From contig NC_043002.1 of NCBI RefSeq assembly GCF_006345805.1, positions 25,296,001-25,360,000 on the forward strand: a stretch of DNA of 64,000 bases, in the 5' to 3' direction. Shown here piece after piece: positions 11,107-25,000 of this stretch (positions are counted from its first letter, which is position 1; every line of letters starts with the position of its first letter). The stretch comes from Octopus sinensis. Taxonomy: Eukaryota. The translations under genes and the position numbers were made by a program. Below the pieces are notes generated by a model, which was not told where the DNA came from, searched no databases, and saw only the letters and a program-made list of their open reading frames with translations.

Positions 11107-14100
11107 GAATGACGCTCTGTGCAAAATTTGTTAAAGAGTTGCAGACAAATTTACATACCTGGAAGAAAGGTCTTTATCTTTTTGTCAAGAAGAAAGGTAG
11201 GTCTGTTGAACCTTTACAGGGCCTCTGAAACTGGTGGAAGAGAGGGAGGAAATTATCCTCAAACCAGAGACCTGGCCTAAATGCTTGCAAAAGCATGGAA
11301 TGTGTTGAAGATACCCAATGTATCAGATGGTGGTATTAAAGATGAGTTAAGTCTACCACCCAAATAGGCTGTGGCAGCAGTTGAACTCAGAACACAAAGA
11401 ACATAAACAAATACCACAAGGCATCTAGTTTGATATTCTTACAGTTCTGCCAAATCCATTACCATGGATTGGTGCTTATCAAATCCAGACAGATGAAAGA
11501 TTAAGTTGACCTTGGTAGAATTTGAACTCAGAACACAGAGTTGGGACAAGTTCCATGAGACATTCTTTTCAACTCAGCCTATTCTTTTCTTTTCTTACCG
11601 TCTAAAAGTTAACACGACAAGGGTCAAAGTGCAAGCTTGAATCAGAACATACAATCTCAGTTGCATATATAGGAAGTACCTTTGTTTGCAATGTTCAAAG
11701 GGAGTTGGGGAATGTGCAGTTCTGCGTTGCCAGTTCAATTAATAAGTACAGAAGAAGGTGCCTTAGGATCTCTGGGAAGCCGACAAACAACATGAATTTC
11801 AGTTGCAAAGGGCATCGAACTGTAAAAACCATGCCAAAGCAGTCCTCCAAATCATCAAATCCTGTTAAACTGTTCAACATGTACTAGTATGGAAGACTGA
11901 TGTTAAATGATAACTCATTTATTTGTTTCAGTCATTTGACTGTGGCCATGCTGGCGCACTGCCTTTAGTCGAGCATATCGACCCCAGGACTTATTCTTTG
12001 TAAGCTTAGTACTTATTCTATCGGTTTCTTTTGCTGAACTGCTAAGTTACGGGGATGTAAACACAACAGCATCAGTTGTCAAGCGATGTCGGTGGGGACA
12101 AACTCAGATACAAACATATACACACACATACATACATATTGGTCGGCCCAAGGCTGTAGTAGAAGACACTTGTCCAAGGTGCCATGCAGTGGGACTGAAC
12201 CCGGAACCATGTGGTTGGTAAGCAAGCTACTTACCACACAGCCACTCCTGCGACTATAAAAAAAAATTTTTTTTGCCACTATCTAGAAACCAAAGGAAAT
12301 AACTGTTATTCCCTTCAAACTTAGCTTTTGTGACTTGGACATCAATGTTTTGAGACTACCCAATTTTCCATTACATTTCAGACAGATTCAGCACTGACTG
12401 GTTGAAGCAGAAGTATCGTTGTAGCAAATATTCTGCTCAATACCACAGATTTGCTTGTCAGTTGCTTGATCTTAAACACTTAAGTATGTTCCTTAGTGAC
12501 TGGTAGTATGTACATCTCTGATCAAGAGCAGGAGTACTGGAGGAGCATTGTAATCATGTGTTGAGAGAATTCTTTGGAGTTTGAATAAATGTAACAAAAG
12601 CAAAATGTGAAGGAAATATTTGCTATTTTTCATACTTGTTAGGGGCAAACAAACAGGAAAGAACAATTTACTACCCAAGGACAAAAATTTGTGTTTCCCA
12701 GTGTAATCATGGTGTTAATGTTGATGATGAATCTCAGCTGTAGTCATCAATAGGAACAGCTATGAAATGAAGTTCATGAACTGTGCAACCAGCTTACCAG
12801 ACATAGTTGATAATTTCTGTTACTTAGCTAAAAGAAACTAATTAGTGCTGTGTATTTCCAGTAGAATAAGAAAGAAGTGTCTGGGGAGAGTCATTCTCTT
12901 TTAGTACCTTATTATTTAACACACTCACCGGTAAAATTTCCACTTATTTCGTCTTTTTATTTTCCTAAAATTTTCGTTGCGTCTTGCAACCTTTTCATGC
13001 AAGACGCAACAAAAATTTTAGGAAAATAAAAAGACGAAATAAGTGGAAATTTTACTGGTGAGTGTGTTAAATAATAAGGTACTAAAAGAGAATGACTCTC
13101 CCCAGACACAACAGAATATGCTTCAACACACGAACTCATATAAAGAATCTTGCAAACCAAATCCAAAAAGAAAGAAGTGGAAAATTTTTTAGTATTGTTG
13201 TCTCTGTTGACAGCAAATAGTTTCTGTCTTAAAGCAAAAGGCAGACTATATAAAAAGTATATGTTAGAAGTGTGGTGGTGCAAGGTAGGTGAGTCATGAG
13301 CAACTGGATGTAGAAAGTTTATATGGGCGTGTAAGAAATGAAACTAGCGAAATGTTTCATGTTTAATAAAAGATATGAGGATAAGTATGTAGGGGAGACA
13401 ACTCTCTATTAATAACTACTTGTCTTTGTACAATAGATATAGATGTGTGTGTGTGCATATTGTTGTCAAGAATTAAACTTCCAAGAGAACGTGAAATAAT
13501 TATTTTTTGGAATATTGGCTCACGAGCAGCCTTCGACTTTACTCAAAAGGGATTTTCAACCCATTATTTACATGCTATTACTATAGCTTTACGTGATGTG
13601 CTTCAAGAGCCAATATTACCAAAAAGTGTGTGTGTGTCTAAGCGTATGTGCATGTATGACAGCTATAGATTTGTGTGTATTTATACATACATGCACATAT
13701 ATTCATTTGTTTTATGTCCAATTTTCCATGTTTACACCGGTTGGATGAATATGTTTGAAGAATTTTTTTACAACTGGATGCCCTTCCTGATATTAACCTT
13801 TACCTGTCTGTCAAATAAGGGTCTCTTTCTCCACCAGGCTTTCAAGATACAAAGCGTTTGAACAGAAGAACCTGGCAACAATAACAACACAGCCCATTGC
13901 ACTTTTGTTTAAGCAGTTAAAGGCCACAAAAACTCATTTTAAAAAAATCTTTTTAGTCATGAATGAAGGCAGTACCTATGACCCTTCAAAGGGCTTCTGG
14001 GACTGATGGGAGGGAAGATGTTATCCTCAAACCAGAGATTTGGCCTAGTGTTTGTAACCAAGTAGACTCCACTAAAGGCACCCAGAGTGCCAGATGGTGG

Positions 14101-17100
14101 TATTAAACTTGGTTGGAGATTAAATCTACAAGTCAAGTAGGCTGTGGTGGATTTGAACTCAGAATGCTAAGCGTTGGAACTAATAACACAAGGCATACTT
14201 TTATAGTCTCTACTTTTCTGAATTGTTTTTTTATTTTTATTTTACTTTGTAAAGAAGAAAGGCAAAGATGACTTAAGCACGATTTAAACTCAGTACACTG
14301 AGTATTAAAAGAAATATCAAGGCATTTAGTACAATGCTACAAATTTGCTACCTTGGGGTTTCGGAGTTATTTGCATTTTATCTATTAATTAGATATCTAT
14401 CTAAATATGATATAGGTAACTGTGCACATCTCTTATTAAGCAGGATCTTGATTCTTAGTTTAGTCTTAAAATAAATGTGGATTTCTGGGATAGGATAAAG
14501 AGTATAAGAGATATCACATTTTTGTTATGTTTCCTCATTTGTAAAGGAGTCTTGTATTTTGATTAAATTGTTCCTATTGTTGATTGGATTTTTTTCTTTC
14601 CTTTCACTATTGTCTTAGGGATTGAAATATGGCTAATCATCACCTTTGGACTTGGAATCCTGATGTTTATCAATGCAAACAACTGGAGTCAGTATGTATA
14701 ACTACTTTCAATAACTAGCTATATTTAATTTTTTTTTTTAACTATTTAACATCTAATTTTTCATGTTAACATAGGTGAAATGGTTTTGCAAATTTGAATA
14801 TTTGCAGTGCAAATTAATTATAGACACAAGCATTGAGTTTATTATTAAACACTCACTTCAAAACAAGTGATATCTATTTTCCAATTATGCTGACCAAGAC
14901 ATGTAAAATAATGTGTCTTGTTCAAAGGTTTAACTCAATGACTGTAGACCTGTTTTAAATTGTGATTTATTGGTCAAAAGTTCAGCATTGGGATTTCCTT
15001 ATTGCTTCAATATTTCATAATATCAATTTCTTTTGACTAACAATGAAACTATATATTTGTAATGAAAGATAAATGGGAGCATGTTTATATCTGTATTTAT
15101 AAAATTGAGAATGTGTGTGTGTCTGTATGTGTGCATCACTAAAACTCGAAAACTACCCAACCGATTTCATTCAACTCTTACTCATGCCTTACTTAGGGTC
15201 CATGCAGTGTCATGGGCCAAAAAGATTTTCAACTTCTTGCCTAATGTGAGCTCAGAGCAATCTCTTATCTCATTTCAGTATTACAGGTCAAAAATGAAAC
15301 AACATCTCTATTGTTATGTGAGATAATACTTTCAGTTTTAATAGGGTTTGCTATTAATAATTTCACTTTGTATATATATATACTACTTTCATTTTTATTA
15401 CTTTCACTATATATATATATATATAGTGCTATAAACACTGAAAATGTGCAGAGAACAGCTTCTGTCACATGACCGAAAGAAGTAAAACAATGAAAAAGCT
15501 GTGCCACTTTAATCCCAAGCAATGCCAGGTATCACTGCTAGTATATATATATGCACATGGTAGTGACAGGTTTGATACATTGTTGGACATTAAACATCAT
15601 GATATTTGGTTATGTTCTGAGTTCAAATCTCAATTTCATCCTTCTGAGAGTGATAAAGTAAATGCTTAACAATTGCTGAAATTGTCGATGTGCTTGAAGT
15701 GGTGCTCCATCATGGCCACAACACAATGACTGAAACCAATAAAAAACAAAAACGAAGAAGACATATTTCAAGAACTGTATGAATATATCCAAATTCGTAG
15801 ATACAGTTGTAAAACTGTATGGGGCAGGTATAGGATAGTAGCATCTGGACATATTCTGCTTATGTTTGATTATTGACACTGATTATTTTTTTAATCTTCC
15901 TTGCATTTTCACAGAAATTCTTCATTTCATTATCTGATGGGAACTGTACTTGGAATTATTTTTTCTGTGCTGATTATATTATTCTTCATGAGTCGGATGA
16001 TTTCAAAGGTAAGGCCTGCCGATAGAAAATCATTTCTTTTGAAACATATCAATACTTATTGTGTTTATATGAATGATAATCATCATGATTATCATCTTTG
16101 ACCCTCAGTGCACTGATTAAATTTTTGCTGGTGATGTAATGCATTAATCATATGCAAATAGTTCTTGCAACTGCTTTACATTGTCCAGTAAAAATAAAAT
16201 GTGCATACTAAATCATATGAAGTGTGAATAATTTTGGAAAGAACTTCACTGTCAAAAACAGGTTAACTTGCTTTCCTAATCTTGAGTGCACCTGCATGGA
16301 ACTGAGTATATTCAGCTCCCATGCAGTTAAAATTAAGGCAGCAGATTGGCAGTTGTTAGAGCTCTGGCTAGGTATTTGTTCTGACTCTGTATTTGAGTGC
16401 AAATCCTGACATGGTCAACTTTGCCCTTCATTCTTTTGGGTTTGAAAGAGAGAAAAAAAAGGTACCAGTCCAGAACATTAAGTTGATGGAACTGTTTGAG
16501 ACTGTTGCAATATATCTAACAGCATTTGTTCCAGCTCTTTACATTCAGACAGTAACTTCTGTAACAACATTTATGCCAAGCAATATTAACCCAAATCAGT
16601 TACATTTTTCTTGGATAAACATAAGTGATGTGGAGATGAGGAGACCTGTGTGCATGCACAACTGCAAGTCTTAATCAAAAATTCTAACCCAAACCTATAT
16701 ATGCATGATCAGTGTTCACCTACAGTGGCACAGCACATATCGTCCTTATCTGTTTCCTTTCACACAACATTTTGCCTAAAAATATATCAGCATTGTTTCT
16801 GTTTCTCATTTCTCCTATAACAATGAAATATGTTTGCTACCTCCTTAATTGATATCTGAGAGACCTCTACTCTGCACATGCTCAATGTCAATAAATGTGA
16901 TTTGGCCATGAACACTGCATAGTAGGAGCAGTGATAGGAAGTAAATTACTATACCCCAACTCACCTAAGTTGGTTCTCTTTTTTTTTTACTTGTTTCAGT
17001 CATTTGACTGTGGCCATGCTGGAGCACTGCCTTTAGTCGGGTAAATCAACCCCAGGACTTATTCTTTGTAAGCCTAGTACTTGTTCTATCAGTCTCTTTT

Positions 17101-18969
17101 GTCAAACCGCTAAGTTATGGGGACGTAAACACACCAGCATCGGTGTCAAGCGATGTTGGGGGGACAAACACAGACACACAAAAGCATATACACACATACA
17201 TATATACGACGGGCTTCTTTTAGTTTCCGTCTACCAAATCCACTGACAAGGCTTTGGTCAGCCCGAGGCTATAATAGAAGACACTTGCCCAAGATGCCAT
17301 GCAGTGGGACTGAACCCAGAGAAATGGGGTTCGTAAGCAAGCTACTTACCACACAGCCACTCCTATGCCTGGTTGTCAAAAAGCCTTATTGATTTTGCCA
17401 TGTACATTTTGCTCACATATAATTGAATATATAGGTGCTGATGTAACTGTGTGGTTAAGGTGTTTGGTTCCCAACTTTGTGGTCTCAGGTTCAGTTTCAC
17501 TGCAAGGCACTTTGGGCATGTTTTCTCTAATTTCAATGCCTTGTAATGGATTTGGTTGGCAGAAACTGTAAGAAGCCCACTGTGTGTGTGTGTGTGTGTG
17601 TTCGTGTATCTTGTCTTGACACCATGTGATTGTTGTAAATGAATGTCATTCATTTCCAATATTCTGTGAAAACATGTCAAACCATAGGGAAATATTACAG
17701 TTTTTTGGTGTCAGGAAGAGCATCCAGCCATAGAAAATCTTCCTCAATAAACTCTGTCTAAGCAATGAAAGGAAGGAAAAATGAATGTTAAAATACTGAT
17801 GATGATATCCATGTGAATTTCTTTCCCTTTCCCTCTTTTTCTTTCTCATGCTCTATTTCTTAATCTTTCTGTCTCTCTCTCTTTCTCTCTCTCTCTGTCT
17901 CTCTCTCTCTCTCTCTCTTTCTCTCTCATGTACACTCACTCCTGTTTACACTTATGATGTTATTTCTATTTTAGAAAGTCGTTACAGCTGCTTTTCTTCT
18001 GTCCGGAATATCTGGAATATTTTACACACTTCATTGGTTCTACCAGAATATGTTCCTGTTGACCAAAGAGTACTGGATTTCTCTTCTAGTTTACCTCACA
18101 GTAACTGGTGTACTATCATTCTTTTTATCCTATCGATTTGGACCAGTCACTGATATCCGATCAAAAAAAATTCTCTGCTGGATTATACAAAGTATTGGCT
18201 TATTTTTAGTATTTCATGGAACTCAACTCACCGAAGTGTCCTCTGCTGCTATTATTATTATTCTTGCTGTTTATAATCGACCACAGTGTATTGACAATTT
18301 CTACAAACGCTTTAAGTGAGTAAAGCATTTTGTTTATCAATTACCTTTCCTTGTAAATGATTTTTGTATTAAATGATTATAATTCTTGTTTTTTTTGGTT
18401 TTTTTTATATATATTGGATTTTTATATAAAATTAAATAATAAAAATGGGTGCAGGTATGGTTGTATGGTGAAGAGGTTCACTTCCCAACTATATGGCTTT
18501 GGGTTAAGTCCCACTGCATAGTACCATGGGCAAGTCCTCTAATATAGTCTCAAGCAAACCAAAGTGGATTTGTAGATAGAAACCTGGTGAAGCTCATTGT
18601 GTATGTGTGTATCATCATCAACATCATTTAATGTCTATTTTCCATGCTGGCATGGGTTGGCCAGTTTGGCCAGAGCTTGTAAGACTGGGGGCTGGATAGG
18701 CTCCATTGTCTGTATTCTGGCAAAGCTTCTATGGCTGGATGTTCTTAATGCCAACCACTTTACAGAGTGTACTGGGTGCTTTTTATGCAGTACCAGCACA
18801 GATGATAATATATATGTGTGTACATATGTATATACATAAGCATGTATATACATAAGCATGTATGCACATATATATATATACTAGCTTAAGGTGACCCGCT
18901 CTACGCGCGGGTGAGGTTGTGGTGTGTGTATATCGTCATTTAACATCTGCTTTCCATGCTAGAATGGGT

Positions 18970-19012
<43 letters not shown>

Positions 19013-22000
19013 ATAAAATATCAGTAATAATAATAATAATAATAAGGATTATTATGAATTGGCATAGCATTACCTTTAATTCCTTTTTATGTGGGTGTGG
19101 ATAGGTGTCTCCATCATACAAGTGATGACATTTGTTTGCAATCTTCCATGGAAACAAGCCCTTCTGTTGTGCTGTTTATGTTTGAAGACCCGGGGGAGTG
19201 GGGGTATTGTTTTGCTTGGAAACAAATGAAGATTAGTAACAGGAAAAAGCATCTGTCTCAAAGAATCTCATCTGAGTCATGCAAGCATAGAGAAGTGGAT
19301 GTTAAAATTACCATGGATGTGGTGATGGTGGTTACTTGTTTATCTTTTTAAAACTTAGAGTGAATGCAGGCATGTATAACATGTTTGAAAGAGAATATAA
19401 GTGTGTTTCTTGCAACTATCAGACCCTTCTTAATTGATGCTTTGCTACATGTGATTATAAGATCATAGGTTCAATTCACAATCCTGCATTTTACTTTGCA
19501 TTATTTCAAAATAAATATTATGGCTGACAAAGCACCTAACCAGCATCAAGTTACTGCAACTTTACTAACAAGTCAATGATATGACCAGACCTTTAGGCTT
19601 GAAGAGGGTTATGTCCAGCAGTGGCCTGCTATATTTTATTATCCATTTTTTTTTTTTACATGTACCCCTAGAATTCTATAATCAGATTAAGTCATTTGTA
19701 TCTGCATTGCTTAAGCTGCATGCCTTGAAATGTATATTGACCTACACTAACTGAAAACTGTTTTTATTTTTTGTATGCTTTTCCATGCTAGCATGGGCTA
19801 GTGAATATTATGATTGTGATGTTGTTTTACAGCTGTATGCCATTCTTGTTACTAATCTTTACCTATAGTTCAAGTAATAAATCTCTTACTTCATGCATCT
19901 CAAAGGTGCAAAAGTGGCAGATGATTTCTTGACAGTAAAAATGACAATATCAACATTTGTTGCTCTGCACAAATCAAACACACTGATACACATGTGGACA
20001 TGCATGTACATTAGGAGATGCCCAAAGTTCTGTGCAGTGAGGCTAAACCCCAAACCACTTGTCTAATCTAGTTTCTTATCTCACATTTCCTCGAGTGGTG
20101 ACCTCAATTCAACTTGATTTGGTCAAATAAGGAATATATTCATAGCATCATTTGCAATTTATACATTATATAATTACATTAATTATTTTTTAGGCTTAAT
20201 TTAAGATTGAAGGGAAAATACATGTACAAACTTCTGCATTATCACCATCATCATTTTTACATCCATTTACCTCTTTTATGGTCTAGCATGGTTGGAACAT
20301 TTTAGACAGAGTTTTATGGCTTGATGCTCTTCCTGGTACCAACCTTCTTTAATCACTTCTTACAACATACAGGGATATAGTGGAACTAGTCTAAAATCTG
20401 AGATATACATGGTATAAACATACATTTGGTATTTCTTCTGCAGGTATCTATTATTGTTTTGTTTATTCAGTTTGCATTTTTTTTAAACTTTTATTTTGTC
20501 TTGACTTCTTTTTCTATTTTCCTCTTCATAATTTATTTATTTATTGCCTGCCTGTTGCTGCCATTTAGTCAGCTGGTGTCTATGCAGATTCCATATATTT
20601 TATGGTTTAGTTGTTAGAGAGGAGGTTGCATTTATGTCACTTGCTTTACATACATGTTTGCTATAATCACACTAGTGATATACCTCTCACTGACAGTACC
20701 TTGTGGTTTTTTTGTTTTTCTTTTCTTTTGAGTTCAGTCCAACTGTGTAACACCTTGGGCGAAGCCCATTATATATATATGTAATGCCTATGTGTGTATG
20801 TGTCTTTGTGTTTGTCCTACCCCACTGCTTGACAACCAGTGTTGATTTGTTTATGTCCCCCATAACTTGGCAGTTTGACAAAAGAGACTTACAGAATAAG
20901 TACCAGGTGTTTAAAAAGAATAAGTCCTGGGGTTGATTTATTCAACTAAACCCCTTCAGAGTGGTGGCCCAGAGAAAATCTACTGCAACAAGCATGGAAA
21001 AGTGAACATTAAAATGATGATGACGATGACAATGGTGACGGCAGTGGTGGCTGTGGCAGTTGCTGCTGCTGCAAATATTTAGTAACTGATAATAGAGGAA
21101 ATAAGATAAAAGTGGAATTTGCTATAAAATTTTCAGCCTTTAGCTTGTTACTTCAAACTATTAACTGCATGGATTCTGTGGATCTAACCATGAGGAACAG
21201 CATTGCTTGTTTGTCCTTTACTATTGTTTTTATTCTTAGGTCAACCCTCATGCATTATTCATTATCCCTTTTTTTAAGACAGTACAATGTAATATAAGGG
21301 AAATTTAGCTGTTATCTCTAGCAGATTGAGCAACCATGTCGTGATCTCTTCTCTGGTCCACTTGGCTGTTGATGAAAGAAATTAAATCCCAAAACAGCCA
21401 ATATATTTTCATGTTAGCTTTGATTGGAAGATTGTAGAAATGTGTTAATCTGCATGAATTATCAGAAAAAAATTATTTACATTTGAATGCCCAAGGAAAC
21501 ATGGTAACTCTTAGCACTGAGCTCCTCTCTCTCCATGTCATTCCATACCTATTATAAGTGTAGGCAAGTTGTGACAGTAGTATCTACTATAATTTGTGCT
21601 GTACTAAAGACAATGTATTGAACTCTTTCCTACACTAATATTTGATACAGGTGCTACGGAAAACATGTATGTTGACCATCAAGTTCTCATTTTGTTTGAG
21701 TAACAATAAAATAAGATTGAAACTTTGAAAAGTTTATTTAACCTTTTAGCATTCAGATTAGTCTGTCAAATACAATGCTTATTTATTCATGTTGTTTTGA
21801 AATTATTCATACAATATTTTATACCTTCAAGATTTCAATGATTTGATTGTTTAGTTTTAGAAAGACATTGTAGAGTAAGGTCAGAGAGGCCAGTTTGAGC
21901 ATAAAACAGGTAGAATATTTTAGCTGGATATGACCAGTTTAAATGCTAAAGGGTGAAAAGAAACAAAGAGAGAGAGACTAAAAAATGCAATAAAGCAAGC

Positions 22001-25000
22001 AATGATCTTAATTTGCTTGTTAGTATTAGGGACTATGGAAGACATCTCCAGTAAATATATATCTATATTTAAATAATATTTAGCTCAAATTGTCACACAT
22101 TTTATAAATGATAACCCTAACACTCTCCAATAATCTCAAATGGTAACAAAAACACACGTTCTTTGCTGTGTCAAAACTGCACAACAAATGTTGGTTTTCT
22201 TTGTGGATGGGCCAAGGTGAGGGCAACAAATCTTTTAACATGCTAACTAGCCATTGGTTATGTTGTATGCCCTTCATGAAAAAACTGCTCAACAGAATCA
22301 GCAGAACATTGGACAAATTATCTTCACTATGACTGTGTGGTTAAGAAGCTTGTATTGCATCCATGTGGTTTTGGGGTTCAGTCCCACTGTGTGGCACCTT
22401 GGACAAATGTCACTTGAAAACTGGTGCAGGTTTGTTTAGAACCCTGTAACTTGGCAGTTGAACAAAAGAGACTAAAAGAATAAGTACCAGACTTAGCTAA
22501 TTACTGGGTCAATTTGTTTGACTAAAACCCTTGAAAGTATTGCTCCATCATGGCCACATTCCATTGACTAAAACAAGTAACAGAGGATTGTCATTGTTTT
22601 TACATCTAGTTTTCCAAATCGGTATAGGATACACTGGGCTTTTTGAGGCAGTGTTTTCTGGCCATATGCCCTTTCTGTTACCAACCTTTTCAGTCACCGC
22701 TTTAAGACAAGCAGTAGTATTTAGTTATGCTGCTTTATTGTTTTGAGTTCAAATGCAACTCCAGTTGACTTTGGTTTCATCTTTCCAGATTCAATAGAAT
22801 AAGTACTGGGAATTGAGATAACCAGCTATGCTCTTGAAATCAGTGCCCCAGCGTACCCACAGTCCCTTAACAGAAATTAATAAGAGGATACATGAGAAAA
22901 GATGAAGCCATAATAATTAACCCTTCTTCTAGACCTCAATGAGGTAGTTTTGTATTGCCTGATGTGTATATAATATATATATGTATGTATGTATTATGTA
23001 TGTATGTATTATGTATGTATGTGTGTGTGTTTATATATATCATCATCATCATCATTGATTAATGTCCATTTTCCATGCTGGCATGGGTTGAACAGTTTGA
23101 GGTCTGGAGAGCCAGAGGCTTCACTGGGCTCCAGCCTGGTCTGGCAGAGTTTCTATATCTCAATGCTCTTCCACTCTGAGAGTGTAGTGGGTGCTTTTTA
23201 TATATGTGTATATATATCACAGGCAAGGAACGCAGGTACAAGATTCTCTGGGCAGGGAACACTGACGGGGTTGGTGGCGTGGGTATACTTATCGCTGAGA
23301 AATGGGTAGATAAAGTAATTGAGGTAATCAGAGTATGTGACAGAATACTTAAGATTAGATTAGTGCTTCATCATAGTTTAGCAACCATTATATCAGCCTA
23401 TGCTCCTCAGTCGGGGCTACCCGATGGACAGAAAGACCGATTCTATGACACTCTACTGCAGACTACCTCGTTGACGAGCGACAGAGACCTTATCTTTGTG
23501 GCTGGTGACTTCAATGGTCACGTTGGACGACATGCTGGGGGCTTCCATGGCGTACATGGAGGCTATGGCTATGGCTCCCGAAACGAGGAGGGAACCAGGC
23601 TGCTGGAGTTCTGCGATGCAAATAATCTTATGATTTGCAACACTAACTTCAGGAAACCTACCAGCCACCTAGTCACTTACCGATCGGGCCAACATACCAG
23701 CCAAATTGACTACATCCTTGCAAGGCAAAGGGAGAGATGGCTGCTTATAAATGCCAAAACCTTCCCAGGTGAAGAATGTACCCCACACATAGACTGGTAG
23801 TTAGTGACTTTAGGATCAGGACTAGGAGGACAACCAGAAGACGACAATATGGAGAAGAAGGATCTGGAAGCTTAAAGATCCTGCAAATGGACAGAGATTT
23901 AGAGACATATTACTTGAAGCCTCTGACGAAGTAGAAGGGGATAGAGCATCACAGGGGGTAGAAGACAGCTGGACGTTTCTAAGGGACAACCTGCTGAGAG
24001 CCACTGACCAGATCTGTGGCTGGTGCAAAGTCCCTCTCGACCTAGAATAACGTGGTGGTGGAACAATATTGTAGACAGGGCTATTAGAGAAAAGAGACAG
24101 GCTTGGAAGGTCTGGAAAAAGGGGGTGGTAGCAGGGAATTGTATCAGACAGCCAAAAGAGAAGCTAAGAGACAGGTTTATTTAGCCAGAGGGGAAGCAGA
24201 TAAGAAAAATTTGCCAATGTTCTGCGCCGTGAGGACCAAAGACTGGAGGTGTTTCGCGTTGCAAGACAGTGTGTGAGAGAGAATCGTGATGTGGTAGGAG
24301 AGAAGTGTGTTCGCATGGAAGATGGTTCACTTGCGCTAAATGAGGATGCAAAGAGAGAGGCTTGGAGATGCCACTATGAAAGTTTGCTGAATAAAGAAAA
24401 TGAATGGGATAAAGAGAGTCTGCCGAATGTTGACCCAACAGAGGGACCAGCTATCCGAGTTGATAGTTCCGTGGTAGCTAAGGCAATTAGAAGCATGAAG
24501 ACAGGAAAAGCCCCAGGCCCATCAGGAATCACTGCAGAGATGCTCAAAATGTCTGGTAGTGTCGGCTATAGCCTAGTCACCCATATAATTAATCAGGTGA
24601 TACACAAAGGAGTCATACCCAATGACTGGTGTAGCAGCATAATAGTCAACTGCTACAAAGGTAAAGGTGACGCCCTAGATACAAATAATTACAGAGGTAT
24701 CAAGCTGTTGGATCAGGTGATGAAGGTTACGGAGAGGGTCATAGCCCAACTAATTAGAGAGAGAGTTAGTTTAGATGAGATGCAGTTTGGGTTTGTGCCA
24801 GGGAAAAGTACTACTGATGCTATATTCCTGGTAAGGCAGCTGCAGGAGAAATACCTAGCCAAAGATAAGCCCCTGTACCTGGCTTTTGTTGACATGGAGA
24901 AAGCCTTCGACAGGGTCCCCCGATCCCTTATCTGGTGGGCAATGAGGAAACTAGGGATAGATGAATGGTTAGTGAGAGCTGTGCGGGCCATGTATAGGGA

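Noticed and set aside
12170-12252. tRNA genes
   Set aside because: The A/B-box sequences are SINE heads continuous with SINE bodies and do not give complete cloverleaves.
23190-23230. HDV-like ribozyme or promoter at the RTE 5' end
   Set aside because: The element is truncated within the endonuclease domain, so no 5' UTR is present.
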